NCBI GenBank assembly: GCA_963778095.1
Contig: CAVZTB010000009.1
Span: 56,327 to 120,326 of the forward strand
Length of the DNA: 64,000 nt
Origin: an uncultured Actinomycetota bacterium
GTDB taxonomy: Bacteria; Actinomycetota; Actinomycetes; Propionibacteriales; Nocardioidaceae
Direction of reading: 5' to 3'
Shown: positions 55,395 through 64,000 of the stretch, piece after piece
Position numbering within the stretch: the first letter of the stretch is position 1
How the letters are laid out: each line of letters starts with the position of its first letter
Translations under genes and position numbers: made by a program
The notes under the pieces: model-generated
Told to the model about the DNA's origin: nothing
The model's input: the letters and a program-made list of their open reading frames with translations, nothing else
Database searches by the model: none

Positions 55395-58300
55395 GTGCAC
55401 CGCAACCTCTTCGACCCGGTCCTGCGGATCGGAGCGGACCCTGCGCCGGGTCCGGGCCGCGACGTACGTCGACCGCCAGCCCGTCTCGCGTCGAGGTCCA
55501 GCACCTCGCCGGCGAGCCCGAGCCGTTCGCCGACGTCGTACGCCGCCCGTTCGAGCCGTGCGCGGTCGGGCGACGCCTGGGGGCCGGCCGTGGTCCACCA
55601 GCTGGTTCCACCTGACCGGCGAGGTGCCGGCCGCCCTGCGCGGCCGCGACCTCGAGCTGCACGTCGACCTCGGCTTCACCGCGGCGACGCCCGGCTTCCA
55701 GGCCGAGGGGCTGGCGTACGACGCGACGGGCCGGGTGCTCAAGGGCGTCGAGCCGCGGACGGCCTACGTCCCGGTGCGCCGGCGCGACGCAGCGTCGACG
55801 TCTACGTCGAGGCCGCGGCCAACCCGACGGTGTTCGTCGCGGGCTTCCCGCAGACCCCGCTCGGCGACGTGCTGACCGCTCCGACGGGACCCGCTCTACC
55901 GGCTGGCGCAGGCCGAGCTGGTGGCCGTCGAGACCGAGGTGCGCGCGCTCGGGCACGACGTCGAGGTGCTGCTCGGCACGGTCACCTCGATGCTCGAGGG
56001 CGACCCGCGCCGGGCCCGGGTGCTCACCGCGCTCCAGGACGATGGCCGACCACCTCGACGTCAACGACATCGCCGGACGGCGCCGGCGCCGCGCGCGCCC
56101 GGCTGGCCGACGTGCTCGCCTCGCCCGCCAACGCCAGCGCGCCACCGCGTCTCGGCCGCCGGGCACGCGCACATCGACTCGGCCTGGCTGTGGCCGGTGC
56201 GCGAGACCATGCGCAAGTGCGCCCGCACGTTCGCCAACGTCGTCGCGCTCGCCGAGGAGCACCCCGACCTGCGGTTCGCCTGCTCGTCGGCGCAGCAGTA
56301 CGCCTGGGTGCCGAGGAGCAGCCCGAGCTGTTCGAGCGGATCCGGGCCGGCGTCGCGGCCGGGCACCTTCGTGCCGGTCGGCGGCATGTGGGTCGAGTCC
56401 GACACCAACCTGCCGAGCGGCGAGGCGATGGTCCGCCAGCTCGTGCACGGCACCCGGTTCTTCCGCCGAGGAGCTCGGCGTCGAGACCGCCGAGGTGTGG
56501 CTGCCCGACTCGTTCGGCTACACCGGCTCGCTGCCCGCAGATCGTCCGGCTGGCCGGCAAGCGGTGGTTCCTCAGCCAGAAGATGTCGTGGAACCAGACC
56601 GACGACTTCCCGCACCACACGTTCTGGTGGGAGGGCATCGACGGCACCCGGGTCTTCACGCACTTCCCGCCCACCGACACCTACAACGCCGAGGTGACCG
56701 CGGCCGAGCTCGCCCGCGGCATGTCGGGCTTCCGCGACGCCGGGCCGGCGTCGCGGTCGCTGCTGCTGTTCGGGTACGGCGACGGCGGCGGCGGACCCAC
56801 CCGGGAGATGGTCGAGCGGGCCCACCGGTTCGCCGACCTCGAGGGCATGCCGCGGGTCGGCTGGAGTCGCCGGCGGAGTTCTTCGCCGGCGCCGAGGAGG
56901 AGTACGCCGACGCGCCGGTGTGGTCCGGGGAGATGTACCTGGAGTACCACCGCGGCGTCTACACCTCGCAGATCGCGATGAAGCAGGGCAACCGCCGCAC
57001 CGAGCACCTGCTCCGCGAGGCCGAGCTCTGGTCGACGCCTGGCCACGCTGCGGACCGGGGCGGCCTACCCCTACGACGAGCTGGAGCGGCTCTGGCGCTC
57101 GACGCTGCTGCTACCAGTTCCACGACATCCTGCCGGGCAGCTCGATCGCCTGGGTGCACCGCGAGGCCCGCGAGACCTACGCCGCGCTGGCCGGCGCGCT
57201 CGAGTCGGTCATCGGCACGGCGCTGCGCCGCGCTGTCCGGCGACGGGTCGGCTGCCGGTGGCGTTCAACGCCTCGCCGTTCGCCGTCGACGGGGTGCCCG
57301 CGCTGGGCGGCGGACCGGTCGCCGGCCGGTGCGCGGCGGCGACGCGTGACGCGCCGGCGAGGCCGGCACGTTCCTGCAGAACGAGCACCTCCGCGTCGAG
57401 GTGGACGCCCGCGGCCTGGTCGTCTCCGTGCCTCGACCTCGCCGCCGGCCGCGAGGTGCTCGCCGCCCCCGCGAACCTGCTCCAGCTGCACCCGGACACC
57501 CCGAACCGCTTCGACGCCTGGGACGTCGAGGCCTTCGCCACGCACCGGGTCACCTCGCTGCACGACGCCGATCTCGGTCGACGTACCCGGCTGCCGCGAC
57601 GACGGGACGGCCGAGGTGCACGTCGTACGCCGGTCGGGGCCGTCGTCGTTCGAGCAGTGGGTGCGGCTCGCGCCGGGCAGCCGGCGGGTCGACTTCGAGA
57701 CCGGCCGTGGACTGGCAGCACGACGAGACGATGCTCAAGGTGGCGTTCCCGCTCGACGTGCACGCCGACCGCTCCACCTCGGAGATCGGCTACGGCCACG
57801 TGCACCGGCCGACGCACGCGAACACCGGCTGGGACGCCGCGCAGTTCGAGATCTGCGCGCACCGGTGGATCCACGTCGGCGAGCCGGGCTACGGCGTGGC
57901 GCTGGTCAACGCCGGCACCTACGGCCACGACGTCGCGCGCTCGACGCGGCGGCGACCGGCGCGGCCCGAGCCCGACGACGGTGCGGCTCACGCTGGCCCG
58001 CAGCCCGCGCTTCCCCGACCCGGACACCGACCGCGGCCGGCACACGTTCCGCTACGGCCTGGTCGCCGGCGCGGACATGCCGGCCGCCGTCGAGGAGGGC
58101 TACGCGTTCGCACCTGCCGCCGCGGTCGGTCACCGGCGCGCGCCGTCGAGCCCGTCGTGCGGGTCGTCGCGGGGCCCGCGGTCGTCGAGGCCGTGAAGCT
58201 GGCCGAGGACCGCAGCGGCGACGTCGTGGTGCGGCGTCTACGAGGCGTACGGCGGTCGCGGCGACGTACTCCTCGAGGCCGGGTTCGACGTCGCGGACGT

Positions 58301-58458
58301 GCGGGTCACCGACCTGCACGAGCAGGACGACGACGTCGCCGCCGACCTCGCGCCGCTCGCAGGTCGCCGACGACGGGCTGACGTTCCCGCTCGGGCCGTT
58401 CCAGATCGTCACCCTGCGCCTGACGCCCCGGGTGCCAGATTCACTGGGTCCCCAGTGA
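55395..58458 (+). CDS. Alpha-mannosidase, glycoside hydrolase family 38, heavily frameshifted
   Basis: GHAHIDSAWLWP, GGMWVESD, WLPDSFGY, GDGGGGPT, GEMYLEYHRG, QFHDILPGS, FEICAHRW. Confidence 0.93.
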
Positions 58459-58583
58459 AACGTGCTCATCGAGGTGCGATTCACCGGGCGCTCCCGGGAA
58501 CGTGCACGGCCCTGCCGTTGCAACGCAGGGGGTGCGTACGTTTCCTAGGGCCCAGTGATCTGGCAGCCAGGACAGCCGCCGGA

Positions 58584-59180
58584 TCAGGCGGTCGATGACG
58601 ACCTCGTCGTGCGTCGAGCCGGGGGAGCCGGTCGAACCAGGCGTTCTCGGCGGGGTGGCCGATGTTGACCACCAGCAGCGACTTGAGGTTGCGGCCGGCG
58701 AAGAACTCCTCGTCGATGCCGTCGGCGTCGAAGCCGCCCATCGGGCCGGCGGCCAGGCCGGCGGCGCGGACGCCGAGCAGGAAGTAGCCGATCTGCAGCG
58801 TCGCGTTGAACTTCGCGGCCTGCTCGCGGGCGGCGTCGTCGGCGAACACGTCGCGGGCGCCCGGGAAGTGCGGGAAGGTCCGGCCGAGGTGGTCGTGGAA
58901 GTCGGTGTCGGCGGCCAGCACGGCGACCAGCGGGGCGTTCGCGGTCTTGTCGCGGTTGCCGTCGGCCATGTGCTTGAGCAGCCGCTCGCGGGGCTCGCCG
59001 TCGCGGACCAGCAGGATGCGCAGCGGCTGGGTGTTCATCGCGGTGGGGGCGTACTTCACCAGGTCGTAGATCGCGGCGACCTGCTCGTCGGTCACCGGCT
59101 CGTCGGTGAAGGCGTTCGCGGTGCGGGCCTCGCGGAAGAGCAGGTCCTGGGCCTCGGGGGACAGCGTCAAGGGATGTCAT
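58584..59180 (-). CDS. Nitroreductase family protein (malonic semialdehyde reductase/RutE-like)
   Basis: LFREARTAN, APTAMNTQPLR, NATLQIGY, GLAAGPMGGFD, RLPRL. Confidence 0.9.
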   Translation of the reverse strand: MTSLDAVPRGPGPALPRGPHRERLHRRAGDRRAGRRDLRPGEVRPHRDEHPAAAHPAGPRRRAPRAAAQAHGRRQPRQDRERPAGRRAGRRHRLPRPPRPDLPALPGRPRRVRRRRRPRAGREVQRDAADRLLPARRPRRRPGRRPDGRLRRRRHRRGVLRRPQPQVAAGGQHRPPRRERLVRPAPPARRTTRSSSTA

Positions 59181-59324
59181 GCCAGGCACAGCAATAGATT
59201 GACGACTTCAACATTCCCGTGCGACGTGTGGGCTGCGTCACGCAGGTGCTCGACCGGGTCAGCTACGCGCGAGTGGTCCGGACGGCTCGAGGCCGCGCGC
59301 CGGACCTCAACCAGCGGTTAAACG

Positions 59325-59361
59325 CAGCTCGCCCCGGACGATGATCGTCCGGGGCGAGCTG
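59325..59361 (-). terminator. Perfect hairpin downstream of tRNA-Asp
   Basis: CAGCTCGCCCCGGACGAT-G-ATCGTCCGGGGCGAGCTG; on the minus strand it is followed by CGTTTAA. Confidence 0.8.
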
Positions 59362-59366
59362 AGGTC

Positions 59367-59443
59367 TGGCGACCCCGACGGGACTCGAACCCGCGGCCTC
59401 CGCCGTGACAGGGCGGCGCGCTAACCAACTGCGCTACGGGGCC
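59367..59443 (-). tRNA. tRNA-Asp (GTC), CCA encoded
   Basis: Reverse complement GGCCCCGTAGCGCAGTTGGTTAGCGCGCCGCCCTGTCACGGCGGAGGCCGCGGGTTCGAGTCCCGTCGGGGTCGCCA. Confidence 0.97.
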
Positions 59444-59487
59444 TTGCTGTGCTGCTGTGTGCGTGCTGCTCATTGCTGGGCGGGGAA

Positions 59488-59520
59488 AGGCTAACCCATC
59501 ACCGCCGCGCCTCCGAATCG
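59488..59520 (-). promoter_or_regulatory. Putative tRNA-Asp promoter
   Basis: CGATTCGG-N19-TAGCCT. Confidence 0.5.
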
Positions 59521-59546
59521 AGTCCGGTGCCGACCGGACCGACTCG

Positions 59547-59619
59547 CACCCCCAACGGGATTCGAACCCGTGCTACCGCCGTGAAAGGGCGGGGTCCTAG
59601 GCCGCTAGACGATGGGGGC
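59547..59619 (-). tRNA. tRNA-Glu (TTC), CCA not encoded
   Basis: Reverse complement GCCCCCATCGTCTAGCGGCCTAGGACCCCGCCCTTTCACGGCGGTAGCACGGGTTCGAATCCCGTTGGGGGTG. Confidence 0.97.
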
Positions 59620-59727
59620 CTGCCCCCCTCGAAGAGGCCGTCGGGCACGACTGCCGTCGGGGACCGGCACAGCATAGGGCTCGGCCGACGGCGCCACAAA
59701 ATTCGACGCACCGGACACGATGGGACG

Positions 59728-60078
59728 GTGATCGACATGTCCCGCGAGCGCTTCGAGGAGCTCGTGACGGCCGCCATGGACGACGTGCCGGCCGAGCTGG
59801 CGGCGCTCGTCGACAACTGCGTGGTGCTCGTCGAGGACGACCCGCCGGCCGACGACCCGGACCTGCTCGGGGTGTACGACGGGACGCCGCTGACCGAGCG
59901 CGACGGCGGCTACACGATGGCGCTGCCGGACCGGATCACGATCTTCCGCCGCCCGACGCTGGAGATGTGCGAGACCGAGGAGGAGGTCGTCGACGAGGTG
60001 CGGATCACCGTCGTGCACGAGATCGCCCACCACTTCGGCATCGACGACGACCGGCTGCACGACCTCGGCTACGCCTGA
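59728..60078 (+). CDS. Zincin-like metallopeptidase family protein (DUF1025/Zincin_1)
   Basis: FEELV..A.D..P, LLGVYDGTPLTER, PDRITIFR, HEIAHHFG. Confidence 0.9.
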   Translation: MIDMSRERFEELVTAAMDDVPAELAALVDNCVVLVEDDPPADDPDLLGVYDGTPLTERDGGYTMALPDRITIFRRPTLEMCETEEEVVDEVRITVVHEIAHHFGIDDDRLHDLGYA

Positions 60079-60408
60079 GCCGCGCCGACCCAGAACCCCA
60101 GCGCGCACAGCAGCAGGGCCGGCACGAGGGTCACCACCACGGTCAGCGCTGCCGAGGACGCGCGGCCCCGGTCGTGGCGTCTGCACGACGAACGAGGAGT
60201 ACGTCGTGAGCCCGCCGCAGAAGCCGGTGCCGAGCAGGGCCAGCGTGTCCCCGGTCAGGCCGAGCCCGCTGAACCAGCCGAGCAGCAGCGAGCCGATCCA
60301 GTTCACCAGGATCGTGCCGCGGGGCAGCCGGCCGTCGAGCAGGTGGCCGGCGACGTAGCGCAGCGGCGCACCGACGGCGGCGCCGAGCGCGACGAGCAGC
60401 CAGCTCAC
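60069..60408 (-). CDS. crcB: Fluoride channel Fluc/CrcB, second copy, frameshifted
   Basis: GAAVGAPLRY, GTILVN..GS, GTGFCGGLTTYSSF. Confidence 0.9.
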
Positions 60409-60833
60409 AGGTCGCCCTCCTCGCTTCGCGAAGCGGGCGCGCTGGACCGCGCTGCTGAACCGGTCGGCGACGCACGACCGCGAGCAGGCACGCCGCCAGG
60501 GTGCCCACGACGTAGACGGTGGCCGTGCCGACGTGTCCGGACCGGACCAGGGCCCGGGCCTGCTCGGCGTACGTCGACAGGGTGGTGAACCCGCCCAGGA
60601 CGCCGGTGCCGAGCAGCGGCGGCAGCAGCCGGTGCCGTCGCACGACCCGGACGTGCGGCAGCAGCGCGAGGAGCGAAGCAGCCGAGCACGTTGATCGCGA
60701 AGATCGTCCACGGGAAACCCGTCGTGCGGGTCGGGGAAGGCGACGGTCAGCGCGTAGCGGAGCACCGCCCCGGCGGCGCCGCCGACGGCGACCGCCCCGA
60801 GCACCGACAGGTGCAGCGGGGTGCCGCGCTCAC
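60405..60833 (-). CDS. crcB: Fluoride channel Fluc/CrcB, first copy, frameshifted
   Basis: GGAAGAVLRY, FPW.IFAINVLG, GTGVLGGFTTLSTY. Confidence 0.88.
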
Positions 60834-61760
60834 CGGCCGTCGACCGTGATGGCGCCGGGCCACGGCGTGGGCCGCCTCGCCCGCGGCCTGGCGGGTGAAC
60901 TCGCCGAGGTACCACGTCCCGCAGCTCGAGCTGCTGCGGGCCGGGCTCGAGGGTGAGCAGCCGCTGCTCGCGGCAGAAGACGTCGACCTGCTCGAGCAGC
61001 GTGAGCAGCCGGGCCATCGTGGTGCCGGCGGTCGCCGGGACGTCGTACTCCAGGTCGACCGGTCTCGACGCCGGCCGCGATCGCCGCGTCGAGCCGGTCG
61101 ACGCCGCGGGCCTGGCGGCGCTCCTGCTCGACCTGCAGGGTGATCTCGGTGAGCTCCTGGGCGAGCGGGTAGTCGCTGGCCGTGGTTGAGCGCGAGCAGC
61201 CGCAGCTCGCGGCGGAGCTCGTCGTACCAGACGCGGTAGTGGCGCGAAGACCTGCACCGGCATGCGGAGCAGCCGCACGGTGATCCGGTCGGTCGCCTCC
61301 CCGGCGCGTGGCCAGCCGCTCGTCGACCACCTCGGCGAGGTCGAAGACGTCGCCGGCCGAGGTTGGCGCCGTCGTCGGCCGTCGCCGGCCGGCTCGAACC
61401 AGACGACCTTGCCCTGGGTGGACACCTCGGCGCCCCAGGTCGTGGAGTACATCGCCACGATGCCCGAGCCCGCGGCCGATGGTCGCGAGCAGCCGGTCGT
61501 CGTCGGTCATGTCGCGCACCCGCGGCGGCACGCTGCGAGGTGTCGTGCACCTCGACGCGCGGGTGCGTCGCGGTGCCGCCGATGCGGACGGTGATCGGCG
61601 GGTCCGCGTGCAGGATCGCGTTGGTGACCAGCTCGGAGACGCCGAGCTCGGCGGCGTCGGCGAGGTCCTCGCGGCCGATCGCGCTCCAGCTCGCTCGACG
61701 ACCCAGGTCGCGGGCGGCCCGCACCGACCGCGGCTCCGGGGTCAGCTCGAGGGTGCTCAT
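60830..61760 (-). CDS. RsbW/SpoIIAB-like ATP-binding protein (HATPase_c_2) with an uncharacterised helical C-terminal domain, frameshifted
   Basis: PRSVRAAR, AELGVSELVTNAILH, RVEVHD, GRGL, WG, GKVVWFE, followed by about 160 extra residues (ELRREL.LL...LLTL...WYLGEF.RQ..G..P.PW). Confidence 0.85.
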
Positions 61761-62441
61761 GGTCGGTTCACGTCGGCGCTCCGGTCGGCGCGGCGCTGGC
61801 CCCGCAGCGCGACCAGCCGGGTGACCACCATCGCGATGTAGAAGACCCCGGCGACCTGCTCGATCATGACCACGCTGCGCGCGTGACCCGAGATCGGGGT
61901 GATGTCCGAGAGGCCGGTGCTGGAGAGCGTGGTGAAGGAGAGGAAGAGCAGTTCCATCCAGGTCCTCGTTCCCTGGCCGCCGGGGTTGAAACCACCCGGG
62001 TCGAGGGCCTGGAGGACCACGAAGAGGATAGGCGAACGCCCAGGCCAGCAGGGTGAAGACGGCGGGGATCGCGAACAGCTCGTCGGTGGTCACCCGCTCG
62101 TCGTGGAGCATGTAGGCCAGCATGCTCGCGGCGGCGTAGAAGTAGACGCACCATCTCGAAGCCCGCGGACCACGCGAACAGCGAGCGGTCGCTGCCGGAA
62201 CACCGACACCAGCAGCAGCACCGCCGCCGGCGCCGCGAACAGCAGCGCCACCCAGGTGAGGAACGGCGTGACCCGCAGGGCGAGCACGATCAGGCCCAGG
62301 ACCAGCAGCCCGAACAGCGCGAACGCCGCCTGCCCGGCGTACGTCGTCCTCCATGAACGGGTAGAGCAGCACGCCCGCGAGCTGGACGACGAGCAGCACC
62401 AGGCAGGGCGTACGGCGCAGGAAGTCGACCCACCTCGGCAT
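61757..62441 (-). CDS. Ion-channel family membrane protein (Ion_trans_2 pore module)
   Basis: N-terminal TM helices, then the pore helix ELLFLSFTTLSSTGLSDITP and the inner helix ARSVVMIEQVAGVFYIAMVVTRLV. Confidence 0.85.
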
Positions 62442-62451
62442 GGGCACGAGG

Positions 62452-63010
62452 CTATCGGGGTCCGAGGCTCCCGTCGGGCACCTCGGCCCGTCGCAGTCGG
62501 AACAGCTCGAGCTCCGAGTCGTAGTAGCGGGAGGTGCAGGCCGAGCGGCCGCATGCCGAGCCGGCCGCAGACCGCCGCGGACGGGGCGTTGCCGGGCCGC
62601 ACGACGGCGCTGATCTCGTCGAGCCCGCGCTCGAAGCCCCAGCGCACGGCGCCGCGCGCGGACTCGGTGGCGTAGCCCTGGCCCCAGGCGTCGGGGTGGA
62701 AGTGCCAGCCGACCTCGAACTCGCCGTCGCCGCCGGGCAGCGGCGACCAGCAGCACGGTGCCGACGACGCGGCCGTCCTCGCGGCGCTGGACGGCCCAGC
62801 GGCCCTCGACGTCACCGGTCTTGTTCAGCTCGGCCCACCGGGTGACGCGGGCCTCGGCCTCGTCGAGGGTCTCCAGGGCCTGCGGCGTCGGCGCCGAGCC
62901 AGCGGGCCACCTCCCACCGCCGGTAGATGTCGAAGAACGCGGCGGCGTCGGCGATGCCCCAGCTGCGCACGACGAGCCGGTCGGTGCTCGAAGCCGGCGT
63001 CGGCGCTCAC
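62452..63010 (-). CDS. GNAT family N-acetyltransferase (RimJ/RimL type), frameshifted
   Basis: TDRLVVR, EVGWHFHPDAWGQGYATE, NAPSAAVCGRLGM. Confidence 0.88.
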
Positions 63011-63835
63011 GAGCGGTCGAGGTGTCGGGCCCAGGCGAAGCAGAACAGGCCGTAGCCCGCGAAGCCGATCGCGATGACGACCAGCACCAGGCGCGCCGAA
63101 CGGCTGCTGGAGCACCTTGTGCAGGGCCTGGTCGAGGCCGCCGGACTTCGACGAGTCGTGGGTGACCGCGGCGTACAGGAACAGCAGCGCCGACCACGGC
63201 GAGGGCGACGCCCTTGGCGATGTAGCCGATCTTGCCGAACAGGATGTAGGCCTTCCCGTCCTTGCCGGTGTTGCCCTCGAAGTCCAGCTTGGAGCGGAAC
63301 TTCTCCTTCCAGCCGCGGTAGGCCAGGAACCCGGCGACCACGACGACGCCCGAGCGCCGATCAGGCCGACGAGCAGCGGGCCGGCGGGCAGGTCCATCAC
63401 CTTGCTGGTCATGGTCTCGGTGCCGCCGCCCTTCGACGAGGACCCCGACGGCCGTCTTGAACGAGCTGATGCGCGAGCGCGCCGTAGATGACGACCTTGG
63501 CGGCGGAGGTCACCCGCTTGAGGACGCGCTTGCCGCCGTCCTCGTCGCGGTGGCCCACAGACCGCCTCGAGGGCCTGCCACACGACGAGCGCGACGAAGC
63601 CGGCCGCGGCGACGTAGAGGAAGAACCGGCCGAGCCCGTTCTGCGCGAGCTGCTGCAGGGCGCCCTGGTTGGAGGCGCTGCCGCCGCCGCCGCCGAAGAC
63701 CAGCTGGAGCGTGAGCCACGCGAGGACCAGGTGCACGACCCCGTAGGACACCAGTCCCACCCGGACCGCGTGGTCCATCCACTCGCTGTTGTCGGCTCGT
63801 CGTCCTGCCTGCTCGGCCTGTGCCGACACGTTCAT
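63007..63835 (-). CDS. DUF1206 domain membrane protein, frameshifted
   Basis: RVGLVSYGVVHLV, GALQQL, PAGPLLV, GYIAKG, GGLDQAL..V..QPFG, in the repeated DUF1206 pattern. Confidence 0.85.
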
Positions 63836-63863
63836 CGTTGCCCTCCCTGGGTCGCGGCAGAAC

Positions 63864-63888
63864 GTACCCCGTTTGACCGTCGCGTCAC
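63864..63888 (-). promoter_or_regulatory. Putative sigmaB/SigF-type promoter of the DUF1206 operon
   Basis: The minus strand reads GTGA-N15-GGGTAC, 28 nt before the ATG, with a GGAGG RBS. Confidence 0.5.
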
Positions 63889-63941
63889 TCTTTGCCGGGC
63901 CGCCGGTGCGGACCGGTGTCGCGCCGGGTAGAAACGTCGCC

Positions 63942-64000
63942 GTGACGACATCCCCCCTGGTCCTCGGTCCGCTGGTCCGGTACGTCGACGAGACCTCGAC
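63942..64000 (+). CDS. 5' end of a probable PhoD-like alkaline phosphatase family protein (truncated)
   Basis: MTTSPLVLGPLVRYVDETS resembles the actinobacterial PhoD-family N-terminus. Only 19 codons are visible. Confidence 0.55.
   Translation, partial: MTTSPLVLGPLVRYVDETS

Noticed and set aside
58459-58583. Lower-GC gap between GH38 and the nitroreductase as an ncRNA or att site
   Set aside because: It has no convincing structure and no copy of a tRNA end.
60833-63940. Fluoride riboswitch upstream of crcB
   Set aside because: The crcB start overlaps the upstream gene, and I could not find the GGCGAUG...GCUGAUGAC pattern in the operon leader by eye. An Infernal search would settle it.

Overview
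This is a very GC-rich actinobacterial chromosome segment. Gene content and repeat types suggest Nocardioidaceae, which is my inference. Most long genes are broken by isolated single-base indels, mostly insertions, so I rebuilt them by stitching frames, and many ends are approximate. From left to right: (1) part of a type VII secretion (ESX-like) locus, with an S8 protease tail, a large WxG/Gly-rich protein, eccD, a sortase-anchored Cys/Asp-rich protein, eccB and a mycosin, facing a three-gene YxxxD/WxG substrate-like cassette; (2) purS-purQ, purL and purF-purM interleaved with accessory genes; (3) DUF3073, a Glu/Leu/Phe/Val dehydrogenase, bldC and an SCO7613-type membrane protein; (4) secreted and lipid enzymes, a desaturase/reductase/PucR module, and a large hybrid kinase-PP2C sensor; (5) housekeeping genes and transporters; (6) a ~3 kb islet at the 3' end of tRNA-Phe, bounded by a degenerate copy of the tRNA end; (7) GH38, a nitroreductase, tRNA-Asp and tRNA-Glu; (8) a tightly coupled DUF1206-GNAT-channel-RsbW-like-crcB-crcB operon. 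The best candidates for something undescribed are the sortase substrate embedded in the T7SS together with the convergent substrate cassette, the structured DUF3073 leader, the asymmetric REP doublets, the tRNA-Phe islet, and the stress-promoter/Fluc operon. I saw no CRISPR array, rRNA, intact integrase or transposase. All family calls come from recognised motifs, not database searches.
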